Shown piece by piece: positions 17,010 to 27,359 of a DNA stretch of 64,000 bases (position 1 is its first letter; each line of letters opens with the position of its first letter). Below the pieces are notes generated by a model. The model saw nothing but the letters and a program-made list of their open reading frames with translations, was not told the origin of the DNA and did not search any database. This stretch comes from an uncultured Candidatus Peribacteria bacterium (GTDB lineage Bacteria; Patescibacteriota; Gracilibacteria; UBA1369; LOWO2-01-FULL-3): positions 495-64,494 of the forward strand of contig CAYHGX010000005.1 of NCBI GenBank assembly GCA_964356355.1, given 5' to 3'. The position numbers and the translations under genes are program-made.

Positions 17010-18850
17010 GGTGTGTAATTAATTCTCACACTATCAAGAATTGGGCTGGTGACACCATCTGAGGAGAGGAATGCTTTGTATTGCATATATCTTTTTCCGC
17101 TACTAGTTGAGGATAGTACTATTGGTGTGCGGGTGTCATTATAGAAGGTAGAATTTGTACCATCTGGGCCGACCCAGACGGCAGTGTCCAGGTTTTCAAT
17201 ACTGTCTGCTGTTTTAATTTGAAATTGGATTGTGCTGCCGGGCACGTAGGTATTTTCCCATTCTATAAAATGGTAGTCCGTATCAGAGCTTGTAGTGTCC
17301 AAAACGTCTGAGGTGTAGCTACCACTTGTGGCTACGCCTGAGGCGGTTTCGCCCACTATTACCATTCCCCTATTTGCAGTATCAGTAGAAATGTAAATGT
17401 GGTCTGTATCGGCATCAATGCCGGTGCCTTTGCCTCCAATGTCGAAACTATAGAGATAGTAGGGGGCATAGGTATTTGAAATATTTATAGCTGCAAGTCC
17501 AGCGCCTACTTTATCAATGGCGGCATATAAATAGTTACCCGATACTACCAAGTCCTCGATTTTACCGTTTGTATCTATTGAGGTTACTAATGATGGTGCA
17601 GCTGGATTTGTAATATCAATAATTTTCAATGAATTGCTCGTATTGTTTATGCCAACATAGGCGATATTGCCATTTAACTCTACGGCTTTCACTTGTCCTC
17701 CTACGTTTAGAGATCCAACTAATACCGGATTTGTTGGGTTTGAGATATCTAAAATCTTAAATCCACTGGTGTTGTTTACCAGTCCCACATAAGCATAATT
17801 CCCTCGTATTTTTAGTACACTTATTGTGCTGGCAAGGTTCACAGTTCTGGAGATGGTGGGAGAGCTCTTTGTGGTAATATTGTATATTTTCAGGCCATTT
17901 GTGATTTGACTTATTGTCGCATATAGATAATTACCCGTAACGGCAGGTTGATTTCCGTAGTCTCCCAGATTGATGGTGCTGGCAGTGAGTGGAGAGGCTG
18001 GATTTGTTACGTCTACTATTGCCTCCCCGCTACTTGATTTTTCAACACCAAGGTAGACATAGTTACCATCCTTTACTATATAGCGACCTTTACCACCAAG
18101 ATTTTTGTAGCCCACGATGGTTGGGATTTGTCTGTTTGAAATGTCAATGATGTTTAGTCCTCTATTTGTGTCTTCAGTGGCGAGATAGGCGTAATTTCCC
18201 TCTACTGTAACATCATTTCCATGCTTTCCAACGTCACTTGAACTCACATATGTAGTTTCTCCTACTAATTCTGTAATCCTGATTCCGCAATTGTCGGTTG
18301 GTGGGCCAGGGAGGGCTGTTACTTCCGTATTGTCAAATGTCCCGCTACTAAATTCGGTACAGGTTGTGCGGAGAATATCGTCCGTCCGCCAGTTGGACAG
18401 GTATTCTGTTAAAATTATTGATCGTGGAATTAGTCCGTTTTGCATCCAGCTTATCGCTGATTCTACTTTTTTCATGTCATCATCGACTGTGATTCCATCT
18501 TCGCTGATGTTTCCGCCTTCATCTCTGTAAACGTCTGAGATCGTAATTGTTCTTTCATAAAAGTTGTCGATTAATTCCGGTGCTTCATTGTAGCTCCATG
18601 AATTTGATACAAGAGTTAATCCATATGTTCCATTTTCAAGAGCAAGAAAGTCTTTATCTCTGATGTTGCGAGTTGCCTCCAGTCCTTCTTGTGCGTAAAG
18701 GAGAGCCTCGTTGCTTATTTTTACGGTTGCATCTCTCCCCAGTGTATCCAGTGAAAGATAAGCTATTCCAATTGTAAAAATTGAAAAGATGCTTATTGCC
18801 AGCAATATTTCTACCAGTGAAAATCCTGATTTGTTTTTAGTGAGTTTCAT
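17006..18850 (-). CDS. Large pilin-like protein with an LVIVD-repeat beta-propeller
   Basis: MKLTKNKSG|FSLVEILLAI prepilin N-terminus. It is followed by about 7 repeats of G-N-Y-x-Y-[LVA]...G-L-x-I-[IV]-D-I-[ST]-N-P-x-x-P. Confidence 0.75.
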   Translation of the reverse strand: MKLTKNKSGFSLVEILLAISIFSIFTIGIAYLSLDTLGRDATVKISNEALLYAQEGLEATRNIRDKDFLALENGTYGLTLVSNSWSYNEAPELIDNFYERTITISDVYRDEGGNISEDGITVDDDMKKVESAISWMQNGLIPRSIILTEYLSNWRTDDILRTTCTEFSSGTFDNTEVTALPGPPTDNCGIRITELVGETTYVSSSDVGKHGNDVTVEGNYAYLATEDTNRGLNIIDISNRQIPTIVGYKNLGGKGRYIVKDGNYVYLGVEKSSSGEAIVDVTNPASPLTASTINLGDYGNQPAVTGNYLYATISQITNGLKIYNITTKSSPTISRTVNLASTISVLKIRGNYAYVGLVNNTSGFKILDISNPTNPVLVGSLNVGGQVKAVELNGNIAYVGINNTSNSLKIIDITNPAAPSLVTSIDTNGKIEDLVVSGNYLYAAIDKVGAGLAAINISNTYAPYYLYSFDIGGKGTGIDADTDHIYISTDTANRGMVIVGETASGVATSGSYTSDVLDTTSSDTDYHFIEWENTYVPGSTIQFQIKTADSIENLDTAVWVGPDGTNSTFYNDTRTPIVLSSTSSGKRYMQYKAFLSSDGVTSPILDSVRINYTP

Positions 18851-19315
18851 CTAGTAATTTATAGTCCCATTTTGGTTTATAATAATTGTAATTGTTCTGT
18901 TTATTGCCGGGCTATTAAGTGAAACTGCTCCATAATTTGGAGTTTCCCCATCTATTTTTGAAAAGATGACGTTTGATCCCCCTTCGTTTAGGCTAATGCT
19001 GTTTATTCTCATGCTCTCCGGAAGATCAATCTCAAAATTTGATGGATCTTCACTGTCATAGACGTTTCCTTCGAATATAGTGTAGGAGGAATTTTCAAAA
19101 TGAATGCCATGGTCGTTGTCATTTAGTCCTGAGGCGGCGCTACTGCTTGCCAAGCGCAAGGAGTGGGCAATATTTGATGCTTGTGAATTAATATCAGCTT
19201 TAATCTGCAAATTACTGTAATAAGTTGACGCAAGGCCTATTAGCACTGCCATTATTGTGATAACCAGCGCTATTTCTATCATTGAGAAGCCACATTTTCT
19301 GATATTTTTTGCCAT
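18851..19315 (-). CDS. Minor pilin (GspH/FimT-like)
   Basis: MAKNIRKCG|FSMIEIALVI prepilin N-terminus, 154 aa. Confidence 0.65.
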   Translation of the reverse strand: MAKNIRKCGFSMIEIALVITIMAVLIGLASTYYSNLQIKADINSQASNIAHSLRLASSSAASGLNDNDHGIHFENSSYTIFEGNVYDSEDPSNFEIDLPESMRINSISLNEGGSNVIFSKIDGETPNYGAVSLNSPAINRTITIIINQNGTINY

Positions 19316-20523
19316 TATTTTTGAATAAGGTTTGGCAACTGGTAGATTGGCATAATAATTGAAATTGCGATTCCACCTACCAGTGCCGCCATTAGCACTA
19401 GTAATAAGGGCTCGATTGCCACTGATAAGTTTTTTGTTTTTGTATCAACTTCCCGCTCATAGAGGTCTGCGATTTTTCCGGTTGTGGTTTCGAGTGTTCC
19501 CGTTCTTTCTCCCAGCTCAACCATTTTTGTGCACATAGGTGGAAATAATTTAGGACTCCTTTCCAGACTTTCTCCAATCTTACCTCCCTGCTCTACCTTT
19601 TCAGCTGTTTCTAGTAAGACTTTTTTGTAAAGTGAGTTATCCAACATTTCAGCAGTGACGTGTAATGCCTTACTAATCGAAACACTCGCCTGTAATAGTG
19701 AGTTTATCGTTCGTGAGAAGCGCGCAACATTTGCACCAATCAAAATGCCTCCAAATAAGGGCAACCTTATTAAAATACTGTCCCAAAAGGGCCTTAAACC
19801 CCTTAATTTGAATAGGATTGCCATTATCGTTATTATTCCAATAACCCCAAGAGTTGAGAGAAGTGGATTGTGTGTAAGAAAGTCGCTTGTGGCTATCAAC
19901 ATCCTGGTTGGCAGCGGTAGTTTTACCTTGAAGGTTTCAAATATTTTAGTAATTTTGGGCATGATGAATATCACAATTCCGATACCCATCATTAGAGTTA
20001 TTGAGATAATAATTGCTGGGTATATGAGTGCTGATACCACTTTTTGTCTAATTTCACGCTCTTTCTCAAGTTGAATATCCAGGTAACGCAGGACCTCCTC
20101 CAGATTTCCAGCCTCTTCGCCAGTTTGAACCATGTTGATAAATATATTTGAGAAGTTGTTGTCATATTCCTTTAGGCTTTTAGCCAGAGATTGTCCGGAA
20201 TTTATCATGCCCAGGATATCTTCAAACATTTTCTTTATATTGCTGTCTTTAGTCTGATTTCGCATAATCTCTATGGATTCCGTAATGGTAATTCCCACCT
20301 CAAACATGGTGGCTAGATTTTTCACAAACATTATTTTTTCCTGAGTGTTCATCTTGGGCCTACCAAATATCCATTTTTTCCCTTGAGCGTCCTCGCCAAT
20401 CGATAAGACTATTTTTTTCCTGTTTTGCAAAATTTCGATGGCCTCCTCTTTGGTTTGGGCCTCAATAATCCCTTTTTCTTTCTCTCCTGTAATGTCGGTA
20501 GCCGAATATGCAAATTTTAGCAT
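19315..20523 (-). CDS. pilC: Type IV pilus platform protein PilC (T2SS F family)
   Basis: 402 aa with a duplicated T2SSF architecture and three TM regions. Confidence 0.88.
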   Translation of the reverse strand: MLKFAYSATDITGEKEKGIIEAQTKEEAIEILQNRKKIVLSIGEDAQGKKWIFGRPKMNTQEKIMFVKNLATMFEVGITITESIEIMRNQTKDSNIKKMFEDILGMINSGQSLAKSLKEYDNNFSNIFINMVQTGEEAGNLEEVLRYLDIQLEKEREIRQKVVSALIYPAIIISITLMMGIGIVIFIMPKITKIFETFKVKLPLPTRMLIATSDFLTHNPLLSTLGVIGIITIMAILFKLRGLRPFWDSILIRLPLFGGILIGANVARFSRTINSLLQASVSISKALHVTAEMLDNSLYKKVLLETAEKVEQGGKIGESLERSPKLFPPMCTKMVELGERTGTLETTTGKIADLYEREVDTKTKNLSVAIEPLLLVLMAALVGGIAISIIMPIYQLPNLIQK

Positions 20524-20537
20524 TGTACATTTTGTTA

Positions 20538-22247
20538 TTAACTGCGCATAACTCTAAGAACCTCGTCTATCGTAGTGTCTCCTCTTAATACCTTTTGGAT
20601 TCCATCGGTAAACATAATTGTCATTCCTTCCTTCTGAGCCTGTACTTCAATGTCGCTTGCATTACCGTTTTTTAATAGAATTTGTTTGATATCGTCGCTT
20701 ACTTCTATAACCTCACTAATAGAGGTTCGTCCCTTGTATCCGCTACCTACACAGGCACCGCAGCCTTCTCCCTTGTAAAAGGTAAATTCATCAGTGTCTG
20801 TGATTGGTTTTTTGGTTATTTCTTCAATGATTTTAGTGAAATCTTTTTTAACGTTATACTTGCTTCCTAGGCCCTTTACTTCCTGGGCTGTGATTTTGTA
20901 TTCCTTTTTGCATTTTGAGCAGATATTGCGGACAAGTCGTTGTGCAACGATCATCTGGACGGTCGCTCCCAATAGGAAGGCTTCTACTCCCATCTCGAGC
21001 ATACGTGGAAGTGTTGACGATGCGTCATTTGTGTGAAGGGTGGCTAGGACTAAATGGCCTGTCAATGCTGCATTGATCGCGATTCCTGCAGTTTCTTCAT
21101 CGCGTATTTCTCCTACCATCACGATATCAGGATCCTGACGAAGAAGAGATCTAAGGCCAGCGGCAAATGTAAGATTGGACTTTGGATTTACTTGAATTTG
21201 GTTTACACCCTCTAGTCTGTACTCAATCGGATCTTCGATGGTGGAGATGTTTACTTCAGGAGAATTCAGAAGTTTTAGAATTGAGTAAAGTGTTGTGGTT
21301 TTGCCTGATCCTGTTGGGCCGGTCATAAGTACGATTCCATGCGTCTTTAAAATATTCCTTCTAATTTTTGCAAGATTTTCTCCATCGTATCCAAGGGTTT
21401 CCAGGTCCAGCTCTTGACCTGTTGAACTAAGAATACGCAGTACGGTTTTTTCTCCGTTGTATGTAGGGAGGATAGAGACACGCAGAGTTATGTCATTTTC
21501 GTCCAGAGTAATTTTGAAGCGTCCATCTTGAGCCGATCGGTGTTCATCTGTTCGAAGATTTGCTAGCACTTTGATCCTTGAGGTTATAACCTCAAGGATT
21601 GAAACTGGAAACTCTGTAATCTGTTGTAGTAATCCATCAATTCGATATCTGATGGCAACCGTATCTTGCCTTGGTTCTATGTGGATATCTGAGGCATTGT
21701 TTTGGAAGGCAAAAAGTATGATTGTATCAACAATTTTAGAGGAGTCCTTTAGTGATTCTATTTTGCTGGGGTCTGTTAGAACCCCTTCAAGAAGCTTATT
21801 AAATTTCTCATTTACGTCTTTATTGTAGGCGGACAGCGATGTCTTTATTTCCTTTTTTGTGGCATAATAGGTCTCAATTTCAAGGCCGGTTTTTTTGCCG
21901 AGAGCACTGATCAGCTCCCAATTGCAGGGATTGTTCATGGCCACTCTTATTGAGGTGCCGGTCGTTTGAAAGGGAATCAGATATTGGCTTGCCGCCAGTG
22001 TATGTGGGACAAGCCTGAGAATAGATTCGGCGATTGTTTTTTCAGAGAGCTTAACAAATGGAACCTGGTAAACTTCAGCCATCGCTGCTCCAAGCCGTTC
22101 ATCGGGAATCGTCTCCTGTTTGAAGAGCACTTCTTCTATCGGGATGTTGTCCTGGATAGCTCTTTTTTCCGCGGCTTCAAGCGCTTTACTTTGAATCAGT
22201 CCCTGTTCAAGTAGAATCTTTTTTAGAAGTGCGTCATTAATCGACAT
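20538..22247 (-). CDS. pilB: Type IV pilus assembly ATPase PilB (GspE family)
   Basis: Has a GSPII_E N-terminal domain, Walker A GPTGSGKTTTLYS, and Asp and His boxes. Also has a tetra-Cys motif (CSKC...CGAC). Confidence 0.9.
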   Translation of the reverse strand: MSINDALLKKILLEQGLIQSKALEAAEKRAIQDNIPIEEVLFKQETIPDERLGAAMAEVYQVPFVKLSEKTIAESILRLVPHTLAASQYLIPFQTTGTSIRVAMNNPCNWELISALGKKTGLEIETYYATKKEIKTSLSAYNKDVNEKFNKLLEGVLTDPSKIESLKDSSKIVDTIILFAFQNNASDIHIEPRQDTVAIRYRIDGLLQQITEFPVSILEVITSRIKVLANLRTDEHRSAQDGRFKITLDENDITLRVSILPTYNGEKTVLRILSSTGQELDLETLGYDGENLAKIRRNILKTHGIVLMTGPTGSGKTTTLYSILKLLNSPEVNISTIEDPIEYRLEGVNQIQVNPKSNLTFAAGLRSLLRQDPDIVMVGEIRDEETAGIAINAALTGHLVLATLHTNDASSTLPRMLEMGVEAFLLGATVQMIVAQRLVRNICSKCKKEYKITAQEVKGLGSKYNVKKDFTKIIEEITKKPITDTDEFTFYKGEGCGACVGSGYKGRTSISEVIEVSDDIKQILLKNGNASDIEVQAQKEGMTIMFTDGIQKVLRGDTTIDEVLRVMRS

Positions 22248-22272
22248 ACTATTTGGGTTTTTATTTCCCTAT

Positions 22273-22310
22273 ATTATAGCATGAATTAGCCAAAAAATGA
22301 AGCAGTTTGT
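22273..22310 (-). promoter_or_regulatory. Promoter candidate for the pilus operon (extended -10 TGcTATAAT)
   Basis: The reverse complement of 22273-22281 reads TGCTATAAT, about 26 nt upstream of the pilB ATG. The -35 (TTCATT) is weak. Confidence 0.35.
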
Positions 22311-23800
22311 TACCTAAGATCGTTGAGATTCAAGCTTTCGTTGAGGGTAATTTGCTCAACAAATTCCGGCATGTGTGAAACGAGAATAATGGCTCCCTCA
22401 AAGTCATCTATGGCCTTAGCAATTATGGGTAGATGACGAAAATTGATGTGGTTTGTAGGCTCATCCAGGATTAGTAGGGCAGGTTGCTGCAATACAAAAC
22501 GTGCATAACAAAGCAGCCCCTTTTGCCCTTCAGAAAGCGATCCAACCTTATTTTTCATTAGCTCAGAGGTGAGCAAGAAGTGCGCTCCAGTAGCAAATAT
22601 CTCCTCATTTTTGGGTAATTCCATCATTTCTTCCAGTGATTCATAGACGGTCTTGTTGAAATCTAGTCCTGAGAAATCCTGTTGATAATAGCCAACCTTG
22701 ACTCCTTCTGAGATCACGGCACCATCTGATTCGCTGAGGGCTAAGTCTCTTAAGAGAGTGCTCTTGCCAATGCCGTTTGGCCCAAGAATTTCAAGACGGC
22801 TGCGGCGAAAAAGCTTAATATCAACCTTTTTATCTACTCTTTCATGGTTTTTTATCACTCCAACTGAATTAATTTTCACAATTATGTCAGAGAAGCGTTG
22901 GGCTGGAATGAGGAATGGGCGAATAGTTTTATCGTCCTTTTTTACGTCCACCATATTCTCTTGGTCTTCTTCAATTTCATCACGCATTTTACTGGCTAAT
23001 CTGCGCATTTTTCCTCCTTTGTTGGCAAAGAAATTGACCTTGTCCTTGCGGTCTTGAATGTTTTTCTTGAGTTGGGCGTTTTTTCTTTCCTCCCTTTCGA
23101 TCTGACCAGCGATTTGCTCAATCACATCGAAGTAATCCCCTACGTACTGCTCCACCTTTTTGGTGTAGACGTCGAGATTCAATACACCATCGGTAAAACA
23201 ATTCAGGAAGTTGGCGTCATGGGAAATTACCACTACAGTCTTTTGGTAACCCATGAGGAAGCCGGTGAGATGATTTATACCATCTGTATCGAGATTATTG
23301 GTTGGCTCGTCGAGAAGTAAAATGTCCGGCTCCTGAATTAGGGCATAGGCCAATAGTAATCGAGCCATTTGGCCGCCTGAGAAATCCTTGATCTTTTTGT
23401 CCAGAGTGGTGGTGAGATGAACAACTTCAAGTACGTCTTTGATTAGTTTTTCGATATTGTACATTTTCTCGGAAAAGGCACTTTCAAAGTACTCAAGGAC
23501 TGTATTTTCAAAAAACCTCTTAGGCATAACCTGAAGAGCGATGGCAATTGTGGCATTATTAAAGATGTGGACACGTCCCGATGTTGGCTTAAGTATCATC
23601 TCTGACTGGCCTTCATCCTTGAAGCCTGAGGCTCCGAGAATCAACTTGAATATTGTACTTTTACCGGCGCCATTTTGACCCATGATGGTGATTTTGGCAT
23701 TTTCTCTTATTGAAAAACTGGCGTCGTCGAGGATTGGTTTGTTGCCATCATAGGAGAAGGATACTTCGTCGAATCTCACAATTACATTTCCGTGATTCAT
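22310..23800 (-). CDS. ABC-F family ATPase (two NBDs, no TM domain)
   Basis: Walker A GQNGAGKST and GPNGIGKST, signature motifs FSGGQ and LSEGQ, and a charged inter-domain linker. Confidence 0.85.
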   Translation of the reverse strand: MNHGNVIVRFDEVSFSYDGNKPILDDASFSIRENAKITIMGQNGAGKSTIFKLILGASGFKDEGQSEMILKPTSGRVHIFNNATIAIALQVMPKRFFENTVLEYFESAFSEKMYNIEKLIKDVLEVVHLTTTLDKKIKDFSGGQMARLLLAYALIQEPDILLLDEPTNNLDTDGINHLTGFLMGYQKTVVVISHDANFLNCFTDGVLNLDVYTKKVEQYVGDYFDVIEQIAGQIEREERKNAQLKKNIQDRKDKVNFFANKGGKMRRLASKMRDEIEEDQENMVDVKKDDKTIRPFLIPAQRFSDIIVKINSVGVIKNHERVDKKVDIKLFRRSRLEILGPNGIGKSTLLRDLALSESDGAVISEGVKVGYYQQDFSGLDFNKTVYESLEEMMELPKNEEIFATGAHFLLTSELMKNKVGSLSEGQKGLLCYARFVLQQPALLILDEPTNHINFRHLPIIAKAIDDFEGAIILVSHMPEFVEQITLNESLNLNDLR

Positions 23801-23867
23801 GAAACAGTTGTTGTAAAAAAATAGAGCTCGCGTAGTATAGCATAAAGTTTAATATTCACCTTATATC

Positions 23868-24533
23868 ATGAAAATCATTGCCTATGTTGGTGGTGCTATC
23901 TTGGCTTGGGCACTCGTTGTTTTGCTTTTCTTTTACTCGGAATTAAAGGCAATAAAAGAGCGTGATCCAGCTGCTAGAAGTATTTTCCCTCCAATCTTTT
24001 TAAATAGCGGATTGATGGCGTTGGTGCTGCACCGTTTCGCAAATTTCTTATGGAAACTTCACCTGCCCTTTCTTCCATGTTTAATTTCTCAAATTTCCAG
24101 ATTCTTAACTGGGATAGAGATTCACCCTGGTGCTAGGATTGGGAGAGGCTTTTTTATTGATCATGGGATGGGGGTGGTGATCGGAGAAACGGCCATTATT
24201 GGTGATAATGTAACAATTTTTCAGGGTGTAACATTGGGGGGTACAGGTAAGGAAACGGGAAAGAGGCATCCGACGCTTGGCCATAACATTGTAGTTGGGG
24301 CCGGGGCAAAGGTGTTGGGAAATATTGTAATTGGAGATGGCTCATATATTGGGGCAAATGCAGTAGTTATAAAGGAAGTGCCGCCAAATTCAACTGTGGT
24401 TGGCGTGCCAGGGAGAATAGCAAAACAGGACGGGAAACGGGTGGATAAAATGCTTGAGCACGGCCATATAGTGGACCCTATCATGGAGAAGATTGATTTG
24501 CTCTCAAGAAGGGTGGAAGAGTTGGAAAAATAA
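23868..24533 (+). CDS. cysE: Serine O-acetyltransferase
   Basis: ERDPAA, GIEIHPGARIGRGFFIDHGMGVVIGETA and hexapeptide repeats. Confidence 0.85.
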   Translation: MKIIAYVGGAILAWALVVLLFFYSELKAIKERDPAARSIFPPIFLNSGLMALVLHRFANFLWKLHLPFLPCLISQISRFLTGIEIHPGARIGRGFFIDHGMGVVIGETAIIGDNVTIFQGVTLGGTGKETGKRHPTLGHNIVVGAGAKVLGNIVIGDGSYIGANAVVIKEVPPNSTVVGVPGRIAKQDGKRVDKMLEHGHIVDPIMEKIDLLSRRVEELEK

Positions 24534-24569
24534 TGTTAATGTTTACCTCAAATACATAAACTAAACAAA

Positions 24570-24974
24570 ATGATTGAAGATAAGATTTCACAAGAAATTA
24601 AAAAGATTGGCGAAATTAAGGAGAAACTCAAAGGGATTAAAAAGGATATAAAAGAGGAGGAGAAAATTGATAATGACCAACACCGAGACCTGAAAAAGAT
24701 GGCAAAGGATGCAAAACAGCAACTCAAGGACTTTGAAGAGGAATTTTTGAAGGATCTACAGACTGACGAGATGTATAACAAGCTACGCGAGATGAAAATC
24801 CAAAAAGAGGAAGAGCTGGCTCAAACATATGAACACCTTTTTGAGCACATTAATAAATTACCGCAAAAACTTTTCATGCTGAATCTAGAAACTGAAAGTG
24901 GCATGATGAGAGTTCAGGTACAACCTGAAATGAGGGTGTATGTGAATGGAAAAGAGGAGAAGCCAAAATTCTAG
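24570..24974 (+). CDS. Hypothetical Lys/Glu-rich coiled-coil protein
   Basis: 134-aa ORF with no recognisable motif. Confidence 0.5.
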   Translation: MIEDKISQEIKKIGEIKEKLKGIKKDIKEEEKIDNDQHRDLKKMAKDAKQQLKDFEEEFLKDLQTDEMYNKLREMKIQKEEELAQTYEHLFEHINKLPQKLFMLNLETESGMMRVQVQPEMRVYVNGKEEKPKF

Positions 24975-24980
24975 TTACTG

Positions 24981-26630
24981 CTAGATCTTGGTGAAATTTC
25001 CATGGGCTGGATCGGCGTAATCGCCGATTTTTGCGTTTGTGATGTTGCCGGAAATGGTTCCGGTGGCTCCGTCTCTTTGTTTGATGGCTTTGTTGGTAAT
25101 ATTATTGAGGATTTGTGCTCCAGTGGTACCTGTGAAGCGATACTCAATTGCATTGGGATAATCGTTTTCCATTAGGATAATATTGTTTTCGACTGTGACG
25201 TCCTTGGCCGTTTCAAGGATGATTCCGGCATCACCGCGAGTGGAGTTGTGATAGATTTTGTTGTTGCGAATTGCGCCGCCATTTTCCCCTCGATCTTCGC
25301 CCATGCCGAAGCCGATGGCCCGATCACAGTTAAGAAAGGTGTTGTTTTCCACTACTGTGTTTTTTGAGCTGGACCAAAAGTGAACTGCATCTTCAGCTAA
25401 GGCCTCTTCCGGGCTTTTGATAGCTATGAAGAGATTGTTTTTCACGATCCAATTTGCGGCGTTGTGGGCATCAATCCCACCAATATAGTATTGGGGACCG
25501 ATTCCGGCAGTATATTCCAGGGTGGAGCATTCTAGGATGCCATTGTCCGCGCCCAGATCCATTTTGCTAGCATCGTAGGAGACTTTAACCAGTTGCTCGT
25601 ATCCGTCAGTGATGTGGAGATTGTGAAGGAGTGCGCCATCGGCGTCCAATTCTCCATGGATTTGGATGACATGGTTGGCAACACCACCCAGCGACATATC
25701 GGCAATGGTGATGTTTTTTCCTGCTAAAAAGAATATGCGGGTGGTTTTGCCGGTCATGCCTTCACCTTTGAGAATAACTGCATCGCGATTGCCTGATGCG
25801 CTGCGAAAAATGATATTTGAGCCGCTTACCCAGAGGCCTTCTCCTGAAAAATTGTAAGTTCCATCTTTGAGAAGAATTGTGACATTACTGGTTTCATTGG
25901 CCTTGGCTACCGCCGTACGAAGCTCATCGACGTTTGAAACATTAATTGTGGTGCCGATCACTGTGTTTAGTGGGTCGCATTTGCCAATTGTGGTCGTGTT
26001 TGGGGGTGGAGTTGATTCTTTGCCGGTAAGTAACCGATAGAGCACCTCGGCAGCGGCGCCACGGGACATCGAGTTGCCTGGGTAATAGTAATCTCCCTCT
26101 TCTTCTAGGAGATTGTTGATTTGGGCTGTTTGCAGATATGGATAGTACCAGGCTGTTGTGGGTACATCTTTGAATTCTACTGTTGGTTGATCACCTTCTT
26201 TGAGCTCATTGATGAGAGTGATCATTTTGATGGCCTCTACTTTATTCACCTCCTGTTCTGGATGAAAATTGCCATCGGCGTAGCCCTGAACCCAACCGTG
26301 AGATTTGGCAAAACAAACGTAGCTGGCAAACCACTGACCGTTAACATCTGGAAAGCATTTGTCATAGGCAACAAAAGTGGGGTAATCGAATTTGCCGTTT
26401 GCATGGGTTGCGATTACTGCAAGCTTAAGGAGCTCGGCACGATTCAGGGTGCGATTCGGCTGAAAAGTGCCATCCTGGTAGCCCTGAATGATATTTTTGC
26501 TTTGAAGATATTCGATGGCTTCCTGATGTGGATCGTTTGCAATATCACTAAATGAAATAGCACTAACTGTCGGCAGATTTGTGCCTACAATTAGGATAAA
26601 AAATAATAGCCTTGCGACTAGTTTTTTCAT
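24981..26630 (-). CDS. Secreted protein with three SLH domains and a right-handed parallel beta-helix domain
   Basis: Signal peptide, then SLH-like repeats (FSDIANDPHQEAIEYL...GYQDGTFQPNRTLNRAELLKL and two more). After these come NN-rich beta-helix turns (VENNTFLNC, IRNNKIYHN, VENNIIL). Confidence 0.8.
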   Translation of the reverse strand: MKKLVARLLFFILIVGTNLPTVSAISFSDIANDPHQEAIEYLQSKNIIQGYQDGTFQPNRTLNRAELLKLAVIATHANGKFDYPTFVAYDKCFPDVNGQWFASYVCFAKSHGWVQGYADGNFHPEQEVNKVEAIKMITLINELKEGDQPTVEFKDVPTTAWYYPYLQTAQINNLLEEEGDYYYPGNSMSRGAAAEVLYRLLTGKESTPPPNTTTIGKCDPLNTVIGTTINVSNVDELRTAVAKANETSNVTILLKDGTYNFSGEGLWVSGSNIIFRSASGNRDAVILKGEGMTGKTTRIFFLAGKNITIADMSLGGVANHVIQIHGELDADGALLHNLHITDGYEQLVKVSYDASKMDLGADNGILECSTLEYTAGIGPQYYIGGIDAHNAANWIVKNNLFIAIKSPEEALAEDAVHFWSSSKNTVVENNTFLNCDRAIGFGMGEDRGENGGAIRNNKIYHNSTRGDAGIILETAKDVTVENNIILMENDYPNAIEYRFTGTTGAQILNNITNKAIKQRDGATGTISGNITNAKIGDYADPAHGNFTKI

Positions 26631-26631
26631 G

Positions 26632-27357
26632 TTATTTGAGTTTTAGGGCCTCACTTAAATCAATAATTTTGTTGATGAATGTTTTTACATTTTCAACGTT
26701 GATTCCGGGATTTTGTGGAGTAGAACCCCAAATTGGGTGACGGGCAATCATCATTGCGGATGTTCCTTCAGTTTGAAGTAGGTCCTCATAAAAAGTGTCG
26801 TTGAAAATCAGATGGTTCTCTTCAAGCTTAAGGTTGAGCCAGCCAAATTGACCAAAGTAGTGCAGAAATTCCGCAGGAATTTCTGCGTTTCCGCTAACCA
26901 TTAGTTTTTCATCAAAAAGTTTTTCACCTGTGTCTTTTGCTACGATATTTTTACTCCTTGGTTGAATATGGAAATTTTTCTTATCTGAATTCTCCACTTC
27001 AAAGGAAATAAATTTACTCATTTTATAGCTGTAGGAACCAGTTGAAAACCCAATATGTTTGGCAGAAACTCCCATAACCAGCTCAATGTTGTGGGCACGA
27101 TATTCACCATGCATTTCGCAACCGGAATTCATGAAGGTTTTTTTGTCTGATGGGTCAGCAGTATTTTCTGAGTATTTTAGGCCGAGCTCCTGTGCCAGAA
27201 TCGGCATTTTATTCTCATAACTTGCCTGAATATTATTAGGCATTAGTGTTGAGAGATTTTGAGGAAGCATTCCTCTAATATTCTTAAGTTTATTGCCAAA
27301 AACCAAGATTGCGATTCCGATGATGATGAATGGTAGAAATTGATAGATTGTTTGCAT
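26632..27357 (-). CDS. Hypothetical membrane-anchored protein (241 aa)
   Basis: N-terminal TM helix, 1 nt upstream of the next gene in the operon. Confidence 0.55.
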   Translation of the reverse strand: MQTIYQFLPFIIIGIAILVFGNKLKNIRGMLPQNLSTLMPNNIQASYENKMPILAQELGLKYSENTADPSDKKTFMNSGCEMHGEYRAHNIELVMGVSAKHIGFSTGSYSYKMSKFISFEVENSDKKNFHIQPRSKNIVAKDTGEKLFDEKLMVSGNAEIPAEFLHYFGQFGWLNLKLEENHLIFNDTFYEDLLQTEGTSAMMIARHPIWGSTPQNPGINVENVKTFINKIIDLSEALKLK

Positions 27358-27359
27358 TT

